Shown: positions 1 to 8,575 of the stretch, piece after piece
Position numbering within the stretch: the first letter of the stretch is position 1
Layout: the number at the start of each line of letters is the position of its first letter
Program-made: the position numbers and the translations under genes
The notes under the pieces: model-generated
What the model was told of the DNA's origin: nothing
The model's database searches: none
Seen by the model: only the letters and a program-made list of their open reading frames with translations
DNA from: an uncultured bacterium
GTDB lineage: Bacteria; Babelota; Babeliae; Babelales; JACPOV01
Direction of reading: 5' to 3'
DNA: 10,836 nucleotides
NCBI GenBank assembly: GCA_963744715.1
Contig: CAVUUR010000005.1
Location: 1 to 10,836 of the forward strand

Positions 1-44
1 CGTATAGTATTTGCCACGTAAAAAATTAAATTAAAGATTTTCTG

Positions 45-523
45 ATGAATGATAGTAATAACCAGGACGATAGTCATTTTATGCGACTTGGCGATTATTC
101 AAGCGAAAAAAGCATTTGATTACGGCGAGGTTCCTGTTGGCGCTATTGTGGTTAATAAGCAAGGAATTATTATTGGTCGTGGGTTATAGTCAAGTAGAAA
201 AGTATGGTTATCAAGGAGCGCATGCCGAAATTATTGCCATTAATAAGGCATGCAAAAAAAATGGAGATTGGAGGCTAAATGGATATTAGGGGATATATGT
301 TACCCTTGAACCGTGTGTTATGTGTATGGGATTAATTCTTTTAAGTAGATTGGAGGGGATTGTATATGGGGCGACTGCAATATTATTTGGACATCATCTT
401 GACAAGCAGGGCAAAGTTCCGCTATATAAAGAAGGCATTATTCAAGTAAGAAAAGGTGTGGGTGAACAAGAATCGGTTAATTTATTAAAACAATTTTTTA
501 AACAAAAAAGGAAGTTGCGATGA
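45..523 (+). CDS. tadA: tRNA adenosine(34) deaminase TadA (apparent frameshifts near 90 and 183, in-frame TAG at 287-289; probably sequence errors)
   Basis: Stitching frames from ATG 45 gives MNDSNNQDDSHFMRL/AIIQAKKAFDYGEVPVGAIVVNKQGIIIGRG/YSQVEKYGYQGAHAEIIAINKACKKNGDWRLNG..IYVTLEPCVMCMGLILLSRLEGIVYGA...LLKQFFKQKR. This contains the EVPVGA, HAE and TLEPCxMC zinc-deaminase motifs and the C-terminal FF/basic tail of TadA. Confidence 0.9.
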
Positions 524-899
524 ATGAAGCAAAAAAAACTAATCATGACAAAAAATTTGATGACGTAAGGAAAAAGCTCCTTGAGCGGAAAAAAGAGTTG
601 GAAGAGGAGATTTCTGAACTTTCTAGTACCAAAGTAGCTGGGCCTGATCAAATACAAGATATCGGTGATCACGCACAATCACTTTTCTTAGAAACGTTAA
701 GAATTTCGTTGCAAGATACTGAAATGCAAGAGCTAAATATGATATTGCAGGCCATTAAGATGATTGATAATGGTACGTATGGCAACTGCATCGATTGTGG
801 GCAGGTTATTTCTGAAAAACGATTAAGCCTTCACCAAATGCAACAAGATGCTTGGTGTGCCAAGAAGTCTTGGAAGACCGTAAGCAAGAACATTTATAA
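520..899 (+). CDS. dksA: DksA/TraR family C4 zinc-finger transcription factor (one apparent missing base near 835)
   Basis: N-terminal coiled coil with DIGDHA (DxxDxA tip motif), then GTYGNCIDCGQVISEKRL. After a frameshift near 835 the other frame reads (P)NATRCLVCQEVLEDRKQEHL-TAA(897-899), supplying the second CxxC. The ORF-track extension to 981 is out-of-frame read-through into the tRNA. Confidence 0.85.
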
Positions 900-905
900 T
901 GATTT

Positions 906-933
906 TTGCAAAAAATATGCTAAGCATTATACT
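906..933 (+). promoter_or_regulatory. Putative sigma70 promoter for tRNA-Thr
   Basis: TTGCAA (906-911), 16-nt spacer, TATACT (928-933), ending 10 nt before the tRNA 5' end. Confidence 0.55.
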
Positions 934-943
934 ACTGACGTAT

Positions 944-1019
944 GCCGATGTAGCTCAGCTGGTAGAGCAATTGATTCGTAATCAATAGGTCGTCGGTTCG
1001 AATCCGATCATCGGCTCCA
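944..1019 (+). tRNA. tRNA-Thr (anticodon CGT)
   Basis: 76-nt cloverleaf: acceptor stem GCCGATG/CATCGGC, D arm GCTC-AGCTGGTA-GAGC, anticodon stem ATTGA/TCAAT with loop TTCGTAA (CGT at 977-979), T arm GTCGG-TTCGAAT-CCGAT, encoded CCA end. Confidence 0.97.
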
Positions 1020-1034
1020 AGATAATGACATTTT

Positions 1035-1062
1035 TTGACAATTTTTAATAATTAGGTAGTAT
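1035..1062 (+). promoter_or_regulatory. Putative sigma70 promoter for rpsI(-glmS-ATP-grasp)
   Basis: Perfect TTGACA (1035-1040), 16-nt spacer, TAGTAT (1057-1062). An AAGGA Shine-Dalgarno-like sequence lies at 1091-1095, ahead of the rpsI ATG at 1108. Confidence 0.55.
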
Positions 1063-1107
1063 CTAATTAAGTTAATGTTATTTCAACACTAAGGACTATA
1101 ACAATTT

Positions 1108-1545
1108 ATGGAAATACAGAAAAAAGAAAGCCCATCAAAGACATCTAATAAGTCAAAGGTACCAGTTGCTCATGGTGTTGGCCGAAGAAAAGCTTCCGTA
1201 GCCCGTGTTTGGGTACGCAGAGGAAAAGGTAAGCTTAACGTAAATGATAAGGAATATACCTCATATTTCGATACTGATACAACTCGTCGTGCGGCAATAA
1301 AATCGTGCAATGTAGCCCCTATGTCAGCTAATTACGATATTGACGTTTATGTACATGGAGGCGGTCGTTCTGGGCAAGCAGGTGCGGTTCAATTAGGGAT
1401 AGCCAGGGCGCTCCTTTCTTTGGATGAAACGCTTCGTTTAACGTTGCGCCAACATGGTCTTCTTACGGTGGATTCTCGTGTAAAAGAACGTAAGAAATAT
1501 GGTCGTAAGGCAGCACGTCGCGGATTCCAATTCGTAAAACGTTAA
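1108..1545 (+). CDS. rpsI: 30S ribosomal protein S9
   Basis: Intact ORF with GVGRRKASVARV, VHGGGRSGQAGAVQLGIARAL and C-terminal DSRVKERKKYGRKAARRGFQFVKR, the uS9 signatures. Confidence 0.98.
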   Translation: MEIQKKESPSKTSNKSKVPVAHGVGRRKASVARVWVRRGKGKLNVNDKEYTSYFDTDTTRRAAIKSCNVAPMSANYDIDVYVHGGGRSGQAGAVQLGIARALLSLDETLRLTLRQHGLLTVDSRVKERKKYGRKAARRGFQFVKR

Positions 1546-1592
1546 TCGTTATTTTGGTTATACCGGAAATGAAGCAATAAAAGGTAGTGGGT

Positions 1593-3443
1593 ATGTGTGG
1601 TGTTGTTGGCTATGTTGGGAAAAATCTTAGCAAATCGTACATCATTAGAGGGTCTTTCGCGGTTAGAATACCGTGGATATGATTCTGCAGGCTTTGCCTG
1701 CTTAGATGCTCACAATAAAACGCTTTTATGCCATAAAACTCCTGGTTACCTTAAGAATCTTATTCATGAGCTTGATGAGAAGCCTATCGATGGATACATT
1801 GGTATTGGTCATACTCGATGGTCAACCCATGGTGCTATTTCTCAGGCAAACACACATCCTCAGGTTGATTGTCAGAAAAAAATTTCTGTAATTCATAATG
1901 GTATCATTGAAAATTATAACAATCTGAAAAAAAATCTAAAAATGATGGGCATTTTTTTCAATCAGAAACGGATACGGAAGTTGTAGCTCATTTATTAGAA
2001 AAATCTTTTTCCCAAAATAAACAATCAATCGTTGAGGTTATCACCGAAGTTGTTAATCAATTACAGGGGGCATATGCACTTGCTGCAATAACGGAACAGT
2101 TTCCGGACGATATCATTGTCGTTCGTAAAGGATCGCCATTGTGTATTGGTATAGGTAATGGTGAAATGTTTATTGCTTCTGATTTATTGGCATTTGCTGG
2201 ATTAACCAATAAAATCGTTTTTTTACCGGATGGAAGTTTTGCTCTTGTTCGTCAAAATGATATAGAATTATATGATTTTTCAGGTAAGCGGTTGTTATTG
2301 CCTATACAAGATATTCCCATTGTTTGGTACGATGACGATAAACATGGTTATGAGCATTACATGCTTAAAGAAATTTTTGAGCAAAAAAATGCAATTTATT
2401 CTACGGTAAGAAATTTAAACATAGAAGATGTACAGGCGTTTTGGAAGCAATGTAATATCAGTATTGATACTATTAAGCGGCTTCAATCAATAACGCTTAT
2501 TGGATGCGGTTCATCATGGCATGCAGCACGCATTGCGCAATTTTATTTTGAATATATTGCTCAGGTACCAACGAGCGTTGTTTTGGCCTCTGAATTTCGT
2601 TATATGTCTGTTTTTAATAAGCCGGATACCTTATATATTGCTATTTCTCAATCTGGTGAAACAGCAGATACCTTAGAAGTGGTTCGATTATTAAATTCAA
2701 TGAACGTTCAAACCCTTGCATTAACTAATGTGGCATTAAGTTCTATCGTGCGTGAAGCTCATAGTTTTTTCCTTACCCATGCAGGGCAGGAAGTTTCAGT
2801 AGCTTCAACTAAGGCATTCTCAACACAATTAGCTGCACTATACTGTATGGCACATGCGATAGCTTTTCAGAAGGGAATTATTGATCATGATGCGTTGTAT
2901 AATGCCTATAATGATCTTCATATTGCCGCTGAAACGTTAGAAAATAGTATCGAAAAATATAGATTAGATATTATTAATCACCTAGCACCATATTACGCAC
3001 AATTTGAAAAATTTATTTTTTTGGGCAGACATATTAGTTATCCGTTCGCCATGGAGGCTGCATTAAAACTTAAAGAAGTATCATACATTTTTGCTCAATG
3101 TTATCCGGCGGGAGAATTGAAGCATGGTCCGATAGCCTTGTTGAGTGATGATACGCCAGTTGTACTTTTTTCAACGCTTGACCCTCTTATTTATCAAAAA
3201 TTACTATCTAATGCACAGCAAGTAAAAGCTCGCAATGGACATTTAATTGTATTTGCTTTTGAAGGGCAGGATGAGCTATCTTCGATAGCCGATTGTGTAT
3301 TTAGTATACCTAAGGTTCATCCATTATTGGGGCCATTGGCTATGACTGGATTGATGCAATTTTTCGTTTATCATATTGCGAAAGTGTTAGGATGTCCTAT
3401 TGATAAACCACGTAATTTAGCGAAATCGGTTACGGTTGAATAG
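1593..3443 (+). CDS. glmS: Glutamine--fructose-6-phosphate aminotransferase (two apparent frameshifts near 1645 and 1925-1960)
   Basis: ATG 1593 gives MCGVVGYVG (catalytic Cys1), then LEYRGYDSAG, GIGHTRWSTHG, HNGIIENY, SETDTEVVAHL, SIS-domain motifs GCGSS, SQSGETADT, VASTKAF, EAALKLKEVSY, ELKHGP, and the canonical end PRNLAKSVTVE-stop. Confidence 0.97.
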
Positions 3444-3468
3444 GAGAAGCAAAAAAAAGGAGTTTAGC

Positions 3469-4749
3469 ATGAAGAAGGTGTTAGTAGTTTCACCATATAT
3501 GCGCGATAAACGTGAACTTTCGGGGCATCTTCTTGGTGGGCAATATTCGGTTATTTTTGATAATCATACAACTGATTGGGTAGAAGAAATTCTTTACGAT
3601 GATGCGAGAAAAGCATCCAATCAAAAGGATATTGTTAATACTATCGATATGGTGTGCGATCTCTATCAAAATGAACATATCGATGGGGTAGCCAGCTCCG
3701 GAGATTACCCGGGGAGCCTTATCAGCAGTATTATAGCACATCGTTTGGGCTTGCCGGGCCCTGCACCTAAAGTAGTAATAGGGTGCCAACATAAATACTA
3801 TTCTCGCCTCGATCAAAAACGATATGCTCCCCAAGCCGTACCATTATTTACGTTAATAGATCCTAAAGCTTGTGATATTGATGGATTATCATTAGATTTT
3901 CCTGTGTTTGCAAAGCCGGTTAAAGCTTATTTTTCTATTAATGCGCAAGAGCTTTGTAACAAGGAGGAGTTACGAGCATATTTACAATCGCCGCCCCAAT
4001 TTGAAGCATTTTTAGAACCATTTAATGCGTTAATGAAGGCATATTCTACTTATGATCATCATGCAGGGCACGTTTTACTGGAATCCTGCTTACGCGGACA
4101 ACAAGCGACGCTTGAAGGCTTTGTGTATCAAGGGCAAGTATATTGTATTGGTATTATTGATTCTATTATGTTTCCCGGGACGATAAGCTTTTCTCGTTTT
4201 GAATATCCATCTTCGTTATCTTCATCAGTGCAAGAGAGAATGATACATATAGCAGAACATGTTATGACAGGCATAGGCTTTGATAACGGCCTTTTTAATA
4301 TTGAATTTATGTATAACGCTGATCTTGATACCATTAATATTATTGAAATAAATCCTCGCATGTGTTCTCAATTTGCAGATTTGTTTGAACGCGTTGATGG
4401 TATGAACACCTACGAGATCTTACTTGATTTGGCGGTAGGGAAAAAACCTGAGTTACTACACCGAAGAGGAACCTTTGCCATAGCGGCAAGTTTCTTGTTA
4501 CGTATATTTAGTGATCATTACGTTGCGAAAGTCCCATCTTCTGAATCAATTAATAAAGTGATGGCACGTTTTCCCGATGTAAGAATTGAAGTGTGCGCCA
4601 CGCAAGGTAAAAAACTATCGAACTTTTTACAAGATGGTAAAAGTTATCGTTATGGTGTTATTAATTTGGGTGGACACACCCGTGATGATCTTTTAATGAG
4701 GTTTGACCTGTGCTCTTCGTTACTTGACTTTAAGCTTATGCCACTATAG
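3469..4749 (+). CDS. ATP-grasp domain protein (carboxylate-amine/L-amino-acid ligase-like), substrate unknown
   Basis: Intact ORF with likely start ATG 3469 (MKKVLVV) after AAGGAG at 3457-3462. ATP-grasp motifs: FPVFAKPV, LLESCLRGQQATLEG, GLFNIEF and IIEINPRM. Confidence 0.85.
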   Translation: MKKVLVVSPYMRDKRELSGHLLGGQYSVIFDNHTTDWVEEILYDDARKASNQKDIVNTIDMVCDLYQNEHIDGVASSGDYPGSLISSIIAHRLGLPGPAPKVVIGCQHKYYSRLDQKRYAPQAVPLFTLIDPKACDIDGLSLDFPVFAKPVKAYFSINAQELCNKEELRAYLQSPPQFEAFLEPFNALMKAYSTYDHHAGHVLLESCLRGQQATLEGFVYQGQVYCIGIIDSIMFPGTISFSRFEYPSSLSSSVQERMIHIAEHVMTGIGFDNGLFNIEFMYNADLDTINIIEINPRMCSQFADLFERVDGMNTYEILLDLAVGKKPELLHRRGTFAIAASFLLRIFSDHYVAKVPSSESINKVMARFPDVRIEVCATQGKKLSNFLQDGKSYRYGVINLGGHTRDDLLMRFDLCSSLLDFKLMPL

Positions 4750-4890
4750 TGATTGATCGGCCTGACATAAAATTTTTATAGTATTATTTTTTTTATGAGG
4801 TTTATAGTGTGAGCTCAGAAAAAAAATAAATAAAAATGCCGAAACGGTAACCAATGATAGATTAAGTCGGTAACGATTTTTTTTATCCAT
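4744..4890 (-). CDS. Putative 48-aa small membrane/secreted protein
   Basis: Hand translation: MDKKNRYRLNLSLVTVSAFLFIFFLSSHYKPHKKNNTIKILCQADQSL-TAG. Basic N-terminus followed by one hydrophobic segment. Shorter than any ORF in the supplied track, and the RBS is weak. Confidence 0.4.
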   Translation of the reverse strand: MDKKNRYRLNLSLVTVSAFLFIFFLSSHYKPHKKNNTIKILCQADQSL

Positions 4891-5180
4891 GATCCAAAAA
4901 AAAGGTAATTTTAACGTAAGAACGAAAAACTATTCATTAATTTTAATCTATTATTTCCGCTTTATTTTGTCAATAATTTGGGGGCTGAATGTGAGTTTTG
5001 TAGTCTGCTCGGCACAAAATAATGATTAAAATATTCATATTGAAATTTTATAAAACAAATTTTATCAATATATTCTTAATATACTAATGTATATTGCCGT
5101 TGTTTTTCTTGCTAATGTATGATACTATGTAGCTGTTTTTTTATAGGGTGTAGTTTTTTCGATAGAAGTGAGAGTTTTTT

Positions 5181-6929
5181 ATGGTGTACGTGATAATATT
5201 GATGATATTTCTTATGGGAATGCCATTGTTTGCTGCTGCTATGGACGGTAATCATCAACAGCAAGGAGTGCAACTTACCTCTAATGGAAAGATTAATCTT
5301 AATAACAATCAATTAACTGCATTACAACGCTATTCAAAAACGTTCAAGGATCGTTATGTTGATATGGCCGAGCCTAATTTAATGCAAGTTGCTCCACAAG
5401 TTTTTCCTAACATTCCCATTTCGACAGAGGTTTTTTCAGATATTCTAGTAAATATATCACAATATGAATATGTTCAAAAAAAATCGGTGGCAAAAAAGGC
5501 TATTATCAACGAAGTTCAGGAGCAACCTTTTGATGATGTTATAAAACTTGTTGAAGCTACACATTTTTTAGATATGCCACATATTCAAAAAATTTATATT
5601 AAAGCATTTGCTGAGCGCGTATCCAGTGATCAAGGGATCGAGCTGTTGCGGCAAGAATTATCTACAGGCAAATTACCAGAAAATTTACGGAATCTTCCTG
5701 AATTACTAAAAGAATTAGCCCATTATGCACCACATATAAGAATCCAAGCAATTTCAAAAGATTCACAGTGTGCTGATAAAATTATAACAAAAAGAAAAAT
5801 ACCTGTTACTCGGAATTTAGCATCTTTCTCTACTAAGGTATGGTTTGGCCATAGTATGTATACAGTCATGACATCTCGTCCAGATGATGGAGAAGTGGGC
5901 GACATTATGCAAATATCTGATGATACTACGGGCAAGGTAATTAAAGAAGTGAAAATGCTTGATAGAGGTGGATCCTTAAAATTCGATGCATTGGGAAAAC
6001 GCTTTTTATATGCCCGTATGGGGCCATGTCTTTATCTGAAGGATATAAGAGATAATGATTTACAGTCTCTTGATACGGGAGCAAGCATTAGTGCATGCAC
6101 TATTTCTCATGATGGTAAAAAAGTTGCCAGTGCTCATAAAGATCATGTTGCTGTATGGGATATCACAACATTATCAGGTATTAAAAAAATTCGAGAAATT
6201 CGTATGCCAGATCAAGTGCTGAAGGTTAAATTTTCTGCACAAGATGATTGCATTGTGATTCTAACTACAGAGGGTCTAAAAAAATTGAACTATGCTGATG
6301 CGGTATTTGATGATTACATACTGAGTTGTAAATCTCAATCGCTTGTTGATTCTCTTGCGCATTGCCTAAAACTCAGCCCCAAATATTGGGTATATAATGA
6401 TTACGGTTATAGTATGGTTTATGATGTGTCGAATAATTCTTCTTGTTTACTTGATAAGGAGCAATATTCTAATTTTACTTTTTCTCTATCAGATAACTAT
6501 CTTGCAGCGCAGAATAATGAAAAAATTAAAGTATGGAATGTAAAAAAATGGATAACAGATCATCGAGAGCCGCACGCTATCGATAAATATAAAAATTTTC
6601 ATTGTAACAAGATGATTACTGTTTTTGATAAATATGTAATAGCTGAATATTCAGATAGATATTTCACAGACATCACCAACGTATTGATATGGGATTTCAA
6701 AGAAAATAAATGCAATACAATTTCTTTAAGCCATCAAGCAGAATCAGGGAATCCTTTTTGGGTATTGGGTAATAGTATGCACTGTAGTAAAAATGAGATT
6801 CTTATGTATCAAGATTTAAAATCAATAGCAAGGCCTATCCGATTAGACGAGCTTGAAATTCCAATACCTGAAAAACCTAAGAAACAAACAAGCTATTGGG
6901 AAGAATTTGTTTGCAGGTTAAAATCTTAA
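5181..6929 (+). CDS. Secreted WD40-repeat protein with N-terminal Skp1/BTB-POZ-like domain (582 aa)
   Basis: Hydrophobic signal-like N-terminus (MVYVIILMIFLMGMPLFAAA-MD). Skp1-like segments VQLTSNGKINL..SKTFKD..PNIPISTEVFSDIL and VIKLVEATHFLDMPHIQKIYIKAFAERV. WD40-like blades ISACTISHDGKKVASAHKDHVAVWDI, VLKVKFSAQDDCIVI, FTFSLSDNYLAAQNNEKIKVWNV and VLIWDF. Confidence 0.75.
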   Translation: MVYVIILMIFLMGMPLFAAAMDGNHQQQGVQLTSNGKINLNNNQLTALQRYSKTFKDRYVDMAEPNLMQVAPQVFPNIPISTEVFSDILVNISQYEYVQKKSVAKKAIINEVQEQPFDDVIKLVEATHFLDMPHIQKIYIKAFAERVSSDQGIELLRQELSTGKLPENLRNLPELLKELAHYAPHIRIQAISKDSQCADKIITKRKIPVTRNLASFSTKVWFGHSMYTVMTSRPDDGEVGDIMQISDDTTGKVIKEVKMLDRGGSLKFDALGKRFLYARMGPCLYLKDIRDNDLQSLDTGASISACTISHDGKKVASAHKDHVAVWDITTLSGIKKIREIRMPDQVLKVKFSAQDDCIVILTTEGLKKLNYADAVFDDYILSCKSQSLVDSLAHCLKLSPKYWVYNDYGYSMVYDVSNNSSCLLDKEQYSNFTFSLSDNYLAAQNNEKIKVWNVKKWITDHREPHAIDKYKNFHCNKMITVFDKYVIAEYSDRYFTDITNVLIWDFKENKCNTISLSHQAESGNPFWVLGNSMHCSKNEILMYQDLKSIARPIRLDELEIPIPEKPKKQTSYWEEFVCRLKS

Positions 6930-6964
6930 ATAGCGCATGCGAGCGCGCCGGTTAACTTTTTTGC

Positions 6965-8409
6965 TTATATCTTAATCTCTTCGAGTGCACTCGTATCTTG
7001 AGGATTATAGGTTTTATTTAAAAATGCAATAATATCGGCGCGTGTTTTGGTTTTATGCTGGATATGCTTTTTTACCAAGATCGAGCATTTCAAACAACCG
7101 AATGGTGCTTAAAATCATATAATCGGAAGCAATAAGTTCTTGTTTTTTTTCATACCATGTTTTTTCTGTTTGGGATTGGTCTTTTTTAATGTTTTTTTTG
7201 ATTTCTTTTTTATCCAGTTGAATAGCATTTTTTAAATTGCTTTCTCTTCCAAAAAATTATTAAACCATGTACATTTCTTGAGATGGTGGATATCGTTGTT
7301 CAAGAGAAAAATCGGGAATCACGCCGATCCCTTGGATAAGGGTATTATTAGGTAAGGCATATAAAGCAATGGTTAATTTAATGGCGCAATCGTTGCTAAC
7401 CGGAATAACTTCTTGCATAGATCCTTTGCCGAAAGTTTTGCTGCCAACAACAAAAGCAGATAATTGCCCTTGATTAGGATACCTTGTAACAACCTGCCAA
7501 TATTTCCGCGGCGGATGCAGTATAATTATTGACCAAAATAAAAAGTGGTATTTTATTATTAGTAACGGGGGTTGCGTGTGGTAAGATAACGATCAATAAC
7601 CGTATTATTTTTGTCTTTATTTATTACAATGGGCGAACCTTTTTTGAGAAAAAGTCCGGCGATATCAATAACAGCATTCAAATATCCACCAGAATTATTA
7701 CGAAGATCTAAAATAAGAGCTTTAGATTCTTTGTTTGAATTTTTTGTAATAATTGTTCAATTTGTCGATACCGAATTTTCAGTAAACAGGTTAAGAGAAA
7801 GATAATAAATATCATGATCTTTAAAGTAAAAACAAAGTGCATTTTGTTCTTTGATAACATCGCGTGTAATATCAAATGATAAAAGGCGTAATGTGTCATT
7901 GCGTAGAACTTTAATATGCACGATGGTGTTTCGCTCTCCTTTTAATTTTAAAACCGCTTCATCTAAAGACATTCCTTTAGTATGGCTCATCGTCGATTTC
8001 AACAATTTTGTCATCACTTTTCACTCCACTAAATCTGCTGGCTACCGGGCATAGTATCAATAATGCGAAAAAATTCATCCTCCGGTTCCTTAGTATTGTC
8101 AATAATAATACCGATGCCACAAAATTCTCCCAAATTACTAACTTTTTCAAAGGCAATCGCATCCATAAGACAAGAATGGGGTCGAGAGTTTTAACAAAGG
8201 CAATTAATGGCATTCAGCATTGGTTTTTTGGGATCGACATGTTGATAATATTTGGATTGGACAAGATGAAAAGTTTCAGCCATCGTTTTTGACCATTCAT
8301 AAATTGATTTTTCGAACATTTCTTTATTATCAATGCTAATCAGCTGCATAATTTTCATAGCAAATGAAAGATAAGATTATTGATACTCAATATAATACAT
8401 CTTTTTCAT
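6965..8409 (-). CDS. ctpA: S41 family C-terminal processing protease with PDZ domain (CtpA/Prc-like; many apparent frameshifts)
   Basis: AGGAG (8416-8420, minus strand) precedes ATG 8409. Stitched minus-strand frames give a signal-like N-terminus, FVKTLDP(H)S, GIGIII, the PDZ segment DKIVEID..KGMSLDEAVLKLKGERNTIVHIKVLR, LILDLRNNSGGYL, catalytic LVNNYTASAAEILAG, GSKTFGKGSMQ, IQGIGVIPD, ending EEIKI-TAA at 6965-6967. Confidence 0.9.
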
Positions 8410-8575
8410 TACAATCTCCTTTTTTTATAGAAGTTTTTATTATCTTACTTAATAAAAGGGGTTTCATAATAGTGTTTTTAAGTTAATATGTGAAGGAATT
8501 AGAAAAGAGCTTAATTCTTGATCTTTTTTTGATATTATGTATAAAATATAGTATAAAAACTATTAAAGGATCTTT

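Noticed and set aside
287..289. In-frame TAG in tadA (and at 8612-8614 in rapZ) suggesting amber recoding
   Set aside because: glmS ends at its canonical SVTVE with TAG, the long clean ORFs contain no internal TAG, and both sites lie in error-rich zones. The tadA site also appears to carry an extra codon, consistent with local miscalls.
900..981. C-terminal extension of the 520..981 ORF overlapping the tRNA
   Set aside because: This is out-of-frame read-through after a missing base. The correct frame restores the second CxxC and stops at 899.
944..1034. tRNA-Thr as an integration site for a mobile element
   Set aside because: No integrase follows, no duplicated tRNA 3' end was seen in the window, and a core gene lies directly downstream.
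1546..1592. glmS ribozyme or terminator upstream of glmS
   Set aside because: Only 47 nt, too short for the ribozyme. There is only a weak G-U-rich hairpin with no following U tract.
3490..4361. Antisense ORFs 3490..3834 and 4128..4361 (also 442..678, 5112..5312, 5723..5935, 9405..9620, 10486..10773)
   Set aside because: Shadow ORFs opposite well-supported genes, with no recognisable motifs.
6930..6964. Intrinsic terminator between the convergent WD40 and ctpA genes
   Set aside because: GC-rich with short palindromes (CGCATGCG, GCGC..GCGC), but the stems are only about 4 bp and not adjacent to the T run. Not enough support.
7529..8292. Plus-strand ORFs 7529..7711, 7611..7805, 7851..8054 and 8008..8292
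   Set aside because: They are antisense to the S41 protease, whose motifs explain the region.
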